Below, piece by piece: positions 16,401 to 22,515 of a DNA stretch of 41,081 bases. This DNA is from a virus (taxonomy: Duplodnaviria > Caudoviricetes). Both the position numbers and the translations under genes were made by a program. Each line of letters begins with the position of its first letter. Within the stretch, counting starts at the first letter, position 1. The notes beneath the pieces were generated by a model. The model did not search any database, was not told where the DNA came from, and saw nothing but the letters and a program-made list of their open reading frames with translations. The stretch spans positions 1-41,081 of IMG/VR virus record IMGVR_UViG_3300034279_001484. One strand, given 5' to 3'.

Positions 16401-19397
16401 ATCACGCCAGAAATGATTCTTGGCACAGCACGGACGCAGTTGCTGCAGAAACTAGCACGAGAGGGAAAAATTGTTGTTGGAACCCATGGGTTTTTGCAAT
16501 ACAACGGAGTTGATTTATACACAACGCGCTCAGAGCGCCGACTTGCTCGCACTTACACTGGAGAGAAACTTGTATCGCATGTCGCCTTTACTCAGAGCCG
16601 CCACAACGAATCTTTAGACGCATCTATTCCAGAAACTCCAAATACCAGCGGAAGGCATCGCATTGAAGGATCTATCCACAGCGTTGTTGTTGCTGAAGCG
16701 TCGCCGCAAGACATCCCAGTGATCATCGCCGCATCAATCCTTTACGACGGACGAAAGCAAACTCATCTTTTTGGCGGGGAAGCAGATTTTCACCAGATGG
16801 ATTCCGTCAAAGCAACAACAACGACTGCGTGGAATTCGCTTCTAAAACTTTCTCAGCGATGGTCTGCTGCCATCAAATTGGCTGACAGAGCAAAAGACAA
16901 GTTCCTTGACGCCATGCTTACTGACGGCGTGATGCAAGATCCGCTGCAATACGAAGATTTCCTCAAGGCGACAGCAAAGCGAGCCATTGACGCTGGGCTT
17001 GCTGACCCAAACGATCCCCTGATCCAGCAATTGCTCAACACCAGGCGCATGCAAGACATTGATTTGTCGCATCCGCTTATTTCACGAATCATTCACGGCA
17101 TGACGGGCAATCGCAGCGGCGAGTCGCCAATCCTTGCGGCAGAGGCACTCGGATTCTCCCTTGACCCGCAACTAGTTGCAGACATTCACATAATTTCAGG
17201 AGTTCGCAGCGGCGTTTTCGGTCGCGCAGCGCTGTTCTCCGAGGAGCCAAATGGCTACGGTGCATTGCGTCGGGTTCTTACTGGTCGCCTTGGGCTGGAA
17301 TTTGGTGATGACATCACGGACGCTGCAGATCGCATTTCCGAAACTAAGGGATTCCTGTTTAAGGCAGCGCTGACGGGCGGCTACACAGTTAAAAAGCAAA
17401 AGGAACGGATGGGTACAGCATCGCCAGACGAAGGCTGGATTCTAAAACGCGATGGCGGCTGGCAAGACAAAGAAGTATCTATTGCATGGCACGAATTGGA
17501 ATTTCTCATTGCAGAAACTGCCGCACTTGAAGCGTTGGCACGCGGGGCAAACCCAGATGACGGTATTTATCCGACGCCGCTTGTTTTGGAAGTTGAGCCT
17601 CCAGCAGATCTGTGGCAGAGGGACGAAAACGATCAGAAACTTTATGCCTCAAAGATTCGTGACCAGCAAGAGCAACTTGTTCTGGATGTTGTTTTAACAA
17701 AATACCTGGATAGCGATGGAAAGCCGACGCGGGCTGGAGAATTGTTGCTTCGCACGGTTAGCGAGGAAGTTAAGGGCGGATTTGAATACGAAGGCGGGCT
17801 TTCGCCAAGACCAGCAGAAGCAATTCGCCAAATCATCATGAAATACGCGACAAGAGCCTCCATGTCAGCCATGACCAGGTACAACAACAGCGAAGGGAAA
17901 GCAATTAATTCCCTTGGCGGCAAGGCGTACTATGTTCGCAGCGCAGACTACGAGTATTTCTTTACGCCGATTGGCTATCGCGGCGCAATTTCACCAGAAA
18001 TGACTTATCGCTCCAGCGATGAATCTATTACCCAGTACCACAAGCCGACGCCACTTTCAAAAATCCTTTCTAACATCAAGAGATTCCGAGCGGCGCATCA
18101 GATGGCTTTGGTGTGGGCTGCGGATTCCGCCCGACTTGAACTTAAGCAAGGCATTAACGAACTGCTTCAGGGCGATCTTGCTGACATTAAAAAGCGCCAA
18201 GATTGGCGCGAGCGCATGGAAAAGATTGTCGCCAACATGCAGGCGCTGTCGCGCTCTAAAAAGCGGCAGCAGGCGTCAGGCACCACTGTCACGGATGAGA
18301 TCGTTGACGAGGCGTTCAAGCAACTTGACAAAGAATTGGAATCCGCCCTTAAAACAATTTCTGATGACAAATACACCTTCATTAAAGACCCCGCAGAAAT
18401 TGCGGCGATGGATGCGTTGCGAGCAAAGATCCAGGAGCAACTAGCGACTGCCCCTATCGCAAGCCCAAAACTTATTGGAAGCGGCGTCAGCGGTTCGTCA
18501 AGCGTGCGACTCAACGGGAAGAAAGCCCTAGTTAAAAACCGAAAAAAGATGCTGTCAAACGGCGCTATTCGTGAGCGGTTTGGCATTCCTCCCGACCAAG
18601 ACATGCGGGCAGAAATTGCCGCTCAGATCATTGACGAACTTGGCGGCTTGTTTATTGGCAAGGCACAGGCAACAACTCGCCGCATCCAAAAAAGCGATGG
18701 AATTACAGACGACATGGGTAACGATGTGTCTGGAGAGTCTTTGGTTATGGATTGGCTCACGGAAGGATGGCTTAGTGGAGAAGTAAACCATCACTTTGGT
18801 CGTCTTGCTGATGCGGTTAATTACGATTTGATGGGCGTCTACGAAACAATCATTGGGAACACTGACCGACATCGCGGTAATTTCCTTGTCGCCCCAGTCA
18901 TTGACCCAGCAGACCCGCAAATGATTGACAAGGATGGAAATGTTGTTGACGCCAGCGGTGCGCCGACGGGTGAGATGTGGAAGAGATGGAAAATCGTTCC
19001 GATTGACAACGGACTTGCCTTCCCAGACGCGGATGTACACATGAAAGCGGGCTTCGGAACATCGGCGCCTTGGTTGAATGGCGAAACAATGACGCCACGC
19101 GCACGAGAAGTGTTGCTAAAGATTTGGAAAAACAGGGTAGAACTTCACCGCAGGCTCAGTGCGGTTTTGCCGCCAGCAGCAGTGCGCGGAGCCTTCTATC
19201 GGATTATCTGGATGCTCAAAACGGGAAGAGTGATGGAGGGCGACGACTTTATGGAGGCAACTTACAACCCGCAGTCACCAAACAGCGACGGCGTAGTCGC
19301 AGCAGCCTTGGCTGAAGCAAAGTCCGTTCTAGACGCAAATGTTTCCACGGGCGAATTTGTTGCCCCTGGTCAGGTTGAAATTGGCTTGGAGCCATAA
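13401..19397 (+). CDS. Giant MuF (SPP1 gp7-like) minor head protein with a C-terminal PI3/PI4-kinase/HipA-like kinase domain
   Basis: MuF motifs RAEAIVRTE, KEW....DSRTRPEH..LDG and VNCRC; kinase motifs GSGVSG..ALVK, EIAAQIID, GNTDRHRGN and PIDNGLAF. Confidence 0.88.
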   Translation: MAETKEPQQQTPAQQEQWAGSPAREAWAKALLDRAYKGVAIEDSAMAEMKSLLYRAQEEVAKILQDYNGQSIPEWRLNRVNQQIAALERLSGEWDAKATEILRRHLGTLAQAAKGLPAEEQARVNDAISTAKAQLDASARGEVRGSQATAGSIRVPTATRGRGAAGMVYSDPRYVDIAIQYVPEQIKDSLGKLKAAVKQEIIRNSLALDTPEASMARLTSVATPIGAFPTAAVRAEAIVRTEFGRVSQIANMSAIAQMAENPYGIPNEASVMTDANGFMYKEWIAVGDSRTRPEHAALDGTIVRYDQPFMVGEFEAQFPKDPALPAKHGVNCRCMVVPAFPPEFAAQMGAFNQGVNGAVPGAGMGDYLDAALNGEPVQPAQPLPGGGFVDPTDVSVMAPEATPNPYGGVIPVGSDGHGIAADGTVISSGLAAQDFIGTQQQLLDNIQLAMSRINTLPGVQRTSRLGVSDIVFGRVTDILRQATASVGRVAKSLATPPSIAVNDDSQALLALLQPKKGGKRKKKVLVPVRGDEMFEEALPPVALVIKDAAAMAGKSADAAEYMLQTGFSKWKDYLEFIATEMRRRDEANAKGEAFVPKPKIVYDRKNQKGERVVLEFDLDAWAKLPAPAREFILRTVTSREVRDSGQDTSFANRGLIETLEQRAQKRLNLLIESARMNEHEATSQATQVAMLKVIERAVGKIVPDWHRLPVEELHKMLYGSDTPPDDSKQMLEHAFASGGRGGRSKPEYFILKRLQELRGDPRYAEILAKHDAESQLPEDVRKAVYDSPDDLLEGLAKAEAAVEAILAEPESDQQTVKTNWRLRLDSAVEILNGWEKILQYHLTMDTLPGSGYYEAVYLDLAARLERQGVDISKDFGKWYVDRELQNPESIVSKRFALMKQTLIVPKPGEKDYVERTPGELSVQVPRPNDTFINPLTGQPITERDMLEFLYMQYNDMDVVNKELNITAVMRQNLPYGIDLREMDAQATRSLLYQFAEEVGHITPEMILGTARTQLLQKLAREGKIVVGTHGFLQYNGVDLYTTRSERRLARTYTGEKLVSHVAFTQSRHNESLDASIPETPNTSGRHRIEGSIHSVVVAEASPQDIPVIIAASILYDGRKQTHLFGGEADFHQMDSVKATTTTAWNSLLKLSQRWSAAIKLADRAKDKFLDAMLTDGVMQDPLQYEDFLKATAKRAIDAGLADPNDPLIQQLLNTRRMQDIDLSHPLISRIIHGMTGNRSGESPILAAEALGFSLDPQLVADIHIISGVRSGVFGRAALFSEEPNGYGALRRVLTGRLGLEFGDDITDAADRISETKGFLFKAALTGGYTVKKQKERMGTASPDEGWILKRDGGWQDKEVSIAWHELEFLIAETAALEALARGANPDDGIYPTPLVLEVEPPADLWQRDENDQKLYASKIRDQQEQLVLDVVLTKYLDSDGKPTRAGELLLRTVSEEVKGGFEYEGGLSPRPAEAIRQIIMKYATRASMSAMTRYNNSEGKAINSLGGKAYYVRSADYEYFFTPIGYRGAISPEMTYRSSDESITQYHKPTPLSKILSNIKRFRAAHQMALVWAADSARLELKQGINELLQGDLADIKKRQDWRERMEKIVANMQALSRSKKRQQASGTTVTDEIVDEAFKQLDKELESALKTISDDKYTFIKDPAEIAAMDALRAKIQEQLATAPIASPKLIGSGVSGSSSVRLNGKKALVKNRKKMLSNGAIRERFGIPPDQDMRAEIAAQIIDELGGLFIGKAQATTRRIQKSDGITDDMGNDVSGESLVMDWLTEGWLSGEVNHHFGRLADAVNYDLMGVYETIIGNTDRHRGNFLVAPVIDPADPQMIDKDGNVVDASGAPTGEMWKRWKIVPIDNGLAFPDADVHMKAGFGTSAPWLNGETMTPRAREVLLKIWKNRVELHRRLSAVLPPAAVRGAFYRIIWMLKTGRVMEGDDFMEATYNPQSPNSDGVVAAALAEAKSVLDANVSTGEFVAPGQVEIGLEP

Positions 19398-19406
19398 GGA
19401 GAGATC

Positions 19407-19739
19407 ATGGAACTAGAACTTCGGGTGTACCGACTGAACTCCGCCACGGATAGCGGCTACGAATTCCTGGGCGGGGTGAAGTCGTCGGACAAAGCGCCTG
19501 TCACGCTTCTCCCAGGAGCCAGCGGCGGTACGGCGGCAATTACCCAAGAGATTAATGGCTACGATGTGAAAAAGTTTCCAGGGGGCGAGCCAGCCAGCCT
19601 AAATGACGGACATGAATTTGTCATTGGGCTTACGCTATTCTATGTAAACAACCGCGACGAAGCGGTTTTGTTTGCCGATGGCAAACCGATCAATTGGCGA
19701 GATGCGTATGAGCGCATCCCTAAAGTAGCAAAGGAGTAA
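19407..19739 (+). CDS. Hypothetical protein; candidate immunity protein for the MuF kinase
   Basis: 110 aa directly after the MuF toxin tip; AAGGAG RBS. Confidence 0.6.
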   Translation: MELELRVYRLNSATDSGYEFLGGVKSSDKAPVTLLPGASGGTAAITQEINGYDVKKFPGGEPASLNDGHEFVIGLTLFYVNNRDEAVLFADGKPINWRDAYERIPKVAKE

Positions 19740-19741
19740 TC

Positions 19742-19936
19742 ATGGCAAAGGATGAAAAGAAGGTCGTTTCCGAAGTAGCCCCTGAAGTCGCTCCTGCGGC
19801 TGAGGCGGTTACCGCTCCGAAGAAGGCTGACGCTGGGCTTGAGCCTGGTGAGGTCGTCATCGGCGAGCGCCGCGACGGTGACACGCTGATCGTTGTCACT
19901 TCGTTCGGGCGCAAGATCGTCAAGCAGGGCAAGTAA
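19742..19936 (+). CDS. Small hypothetical protein
   Basis: AAGGAG RBS; biased codon use similar to the capsid gene. Confidence 0.75.
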   Translation: MAKDEKKVVSEVAPEVAPAAEAVTAPKKADAGLEPGEVVIGERRDGDTLIVVTSFGRKIVKQGK

Positions 19937-19938
19937 CA

Positions 19939-20289
19939 ATGGCGGGCGCCTACACGCTCACGATTGAGCAGGGAGCGACGCTTTCAATCGTCGCCACCTG
20001 GAAAGATTCGTCGGGAACGGCGATCAATCTGACGAGTTACACAGCGCGCCTATCGGTTCGGACGCATCATTCCTCCGACACCGTTTTGCTTTCACTGACC
20101 ACATCCAACGGCGGCATCGCGCTTGGCGGAGCCGCTGGAACCATCACCATCACGGCAACGGCAACGCAAACTGCAGCGCTCACGGCGCCAGTGCGCGGCG
20201 TGTATGACCTGGAACTGGTTTCGTCTGGAGGGGTAGTGACTCGCCTGCTTGAGGGAGGGGCAGTCATTACACCAGAGGTTACGCGATGA
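19939..20289 (+). CDS. Beta-sandwich virion structural protein (BppU/LtfC-like)
   Basis: IEQGAT...INLTSYTARLSVR...VYDLEL...RLLEG...PEVTR pattern. Confidence 0.7.
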   Translation: MAGAYTLTIEQGATLSIVATWKDSSGTAINLTSYTARLSVRTHHSSDTVLLSLTTSNGGIALGGAAGTITITATATQTAALTAPVRGVYDLELVSSGGVVTRLLEGGAVITPEVTR

Positions 20290-20885
20290 GCGTCACCGTA
20301 ACCCAGAACACCCAGACCGTTGAAATCGTTGACCAGCGCGAAACCGTTACGGTTGCGCCAGTTACACAGTCGGTAACAGTTAGCACGGTTGGAACCCAAG
20401 GCATCCAGGGGGAGGCGCCGCCAAGGTATTACGGCGCATTCCAAGACCTGACGACGCAGACCATCGCGTCAACGACGGTTGCCTATCCAATGACACTGGA
20501 TACAACCGATTACGCCAATGGGTTTTCTCGCGGGACGCCTAATTCACGAATCGTTGCAGCAAACACTGGCACCTACAACATTCAGTGGTCGGGGCAATTC
20601 CAAAACATTAATAATCAAGATCAAGATGTGACAGTTTGGCTCCGAATCAACGGAACCGATGTCGCTGGAAGCGCTGGCTACCTTGCCATTCCGAGCAGTC
20701 ACGGGGGAGTTCCAGGTCACATTATTGCTGGGTGGAACTACATTCTCCCGCTCACCGCTGGGCAGTATTTTGAATTTGTTTGGCAGTCAACCAGCACCGA
20801 TGTTTCTCTACGGTTTTACCCTGCTGCGGCAAATCCGACGCGCCCATCCACAGCAAGCCTGATTGTCACTGTTGTTCCTGTCTAG
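20286..20885 (+). CDS. Fibre/spike-like structural protein with a short collagen stretch and a C1q/BclA-like domain
   Basis: Thr/Val-rich N-terminus; GTQGIQGE; YYGAF.D...GTYNIQWSGQF...VWLRING jelly-roll pattern. Confidence 0.65.
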   Translation: MSVTVTQNTQTVEIVDQRETVTVAPVTQSVTVSTVGTQGIQGEAPPRYYGAFQDLTTQTIASTTVAYPMTLDTTDYANGFSRGTPNSRIVAANTGTYNIQWSGQFQNINNQDQDVTVWLRINGTDVAGSAGYLAIPSSHGGVPGHIIAGWNYILPLTAGQYFEFVWQSTSTDVSLRFYPAAANPTRPSTASLIVTVVPV

Positions 20886-20893
20886 GAGGGGAC

Positions 20894-21685
20894 ATGCCAA
20901 AGCCAGTAGATGAAGCAGTTCGCGTCATTGCCCAGCATGCCCTGGTGGAGTACGCATCGGGGCAACCACGAGACCGCAAAGGGCGCTTTAGCGGCACGGG
21001 CGGCGGAGGAGGCGGGGGCGGAGTCGTAGATCCAAACGCCCCGTATGACGCCATTGGCGATCCAGTAATGGCAGGATTGGCAAAGAATTTGTACGGAGAC
21101 CTAGCGCAATACGATAAAAAGGGCGACTACATCCCAACATCCCCATCCGAGAAGAAGGCTGCGGCAAGGTGGGTAGAAAGCGACGGCTACAAAGCCATCC
21201 AAGCCGCCCAGTCTGGCGAGCGCTCCTATGAAATTCATGGCGAAAAGCGCTTTGTGCATGAAGGGGATGTGGCGCAGGCGGCAATTATGACTTCGTTGAC
21301 ACAGCGGGCAAGGACAACTGAGGATTTGGTGGTCTCTCGCGGAATCAAGGTGCCGCCAACTGGAAAGTCCGCCCTTGTCGCTGCCGTTGAGCAGGCTGGG
21401 GTTGGCGGAACAATCCAGATTCCGAAGTTCACGGCTACTTCAAAAAACCCAATGGTGGCAGTGTCATTTTCTACAAAGCAAATTGTGCGGATTGCGGCTC
21501 CAAAGGGAACCAGGGCGCTAGACTTTGACCTAATCAAACACGGCTTGCCCAAGGGTTCCTGGGGAAACCAAAACAACGAGCGCGAAGTGTTGTTCCCGCC
21601 TGGCGCACGGTTTCGGGTGGTGGACATCAAGCGCGGCGCGGTTGAGGGCAGCATTTTTATTGACCTAGTAGCACTGGGGGACTAA
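20894..21685 (+). CDS. ADP-ribosyltransferase (R-S-E, VIP2/Alt-like) with an N-terminal QPRDxKGRF-polyGly signal
   Basis: VSRG, FTATS and NEREVLFPPGARFRV motifs; AGGAGG RBS before ATG 20894. Confidence 0.88.
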   Translation: MPKPVDEAVRVIAQHALVEYASGQPRDRKGRFSGTGGGGGGGGVVDPNAPYDAIGDPVMAGLAKNLYGDLAQYDKKGDYIPTSPSEKKAAARWVESDGYKAIQAAQSGERSYEIHGEKRFVHEGDVAQAAIMTSLTQRARTTEDLVVSRGIKVPPTGKSALVAAVEQAGVGGTIQIPKFTATSKNPMVAVSFSTKQIVRIAAPKGTRALDFDLIKHGLPKGSWGNQNNEREVLFPPGARFRVVDIKRGAVEGSIFIDLVALGD

Positions 21686-22500
21686 TGAGCGACAAGTTTG
21701 TAGAAGACCTGGAAGTTATCGTTGTAAGCGTCGGGAAGCCGCTCACGGAAGCCTTGTTGCTGGAGTACGCCGCTGGGCAGCCCCGCGATAAAAAGGGGCG
21801 ATTCGGTAGCACTGGCGGCGGTGGTGGCGGAGGGGGTGGCGGCGTCGTAGACGCCCAGCAGGTCATTGCGGTTACCAGGGAGAACGAAGGCGCCACTTTG
21901 CCAACGGGCGTGGGGTCGGCTGGGGTGCGCGTCACGGGCGAGCAGCCGAAGTCGGGTTACGCCGTAGCCACGGGCATTGCTGGTCGGGTGGTTAGCGCCG
22001 ACGATTTCTTTGATCGCACTAAGGGCGTGGAAATCGTTGACAAGTTCCTTGCTGACAATGCCCAACATTTTGCCAATCCAGCGCACCATCTCGGCACCTG
22101 GCACGAAACCAAGACAGGTCGTGTACACTTGGACATTACCGAGGTATTCCCTGCTGGTCAGCGAAGAGTTGCCGTGCAAGCAGGGCGCGACCGAGATCAA
22201 ATCAGCATCTTTAACCTAAAAACACTTAAAGAAATCCCAACGGGAGGCAAAGGTGGAGTCCAAGAATCAGAAGATCGTCCAGGTGCCAACGGACATCGGT
22301 ACGATGACGCCCGAAGAGCGACGGAAAGTGGCGGAGCAGTTGTGGGAGACGCTCTCGTCGCAGATTCTGGAGAGCCACAAGCGCAATCCGCAGATGGTGG
22401 CGCTGGACGAGTTGCTGGACGACAAGACTTCCAAGGGCTGACGCCTAACGAATTGATCGCGGAGTACGCGAAGCGAAATCCAACCTGGGACGGTTGCTAA
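21685..22500 (+). CDS. Effector-like protein with the QPRDxKGRF-polyGly signal; central domain possibly SAM-lyase-like
   Basis: Shared N-terminal signal; GAT...P.SGYAVA...HLGTW...GRVHLDI...AG..RDQISIFNL domain; the fold call is inference. Confidence 0.6.
   Translation: MSDKFVEDLEVIVVSVGKPLTEALLLEYAAGQPRDKKGRFGSTGGGGGGGGGGVVDAQQVIAVTRENEGATLPTGVGSAGVRVTGEQPKSGYAVATGIAGRVVSADDFFDRTKGVEIVDKFLADNAQHFANPAHHLGTWHETKTGRVHLDITEVFPAGQRRVAVQAGRDRDQISIFNLKTLKEIPTGGKGGVQESEDRPGANGHRYDDARRATESGGAVVGDALVADSGEPQAQSADGGAGRVAGRQDFQGLTPNELIAEYAKRNPTWDGC
22253..22441 (+). CDS. Nested 62-aa helical protein; candidate antitoxin/immunity
   Basis: GGAGG 5 nt before GTG; MTPEERRKVAEQLWETL resembles addiction-module component helices; overlaps the low-complexity tail of 21685-22500 in another frame. 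Confidence 0.6.
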   Translation: MESKNQKIVQVPTDIGTMTPEERRKVAEQLWETLSSQILESHKRNPQMVALDELLDDKTSKG

Positions 22501-22515
22501 GGTTATTATTGCTTT

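Noticed and set aside
15000-18450. Middle of the giant MuF protein as a virion RNA polymerase or reverse transcriptase
   Set aside because: I found no DxDGD, YxDD or T7-type polymerase motifs; it is left unassigned.
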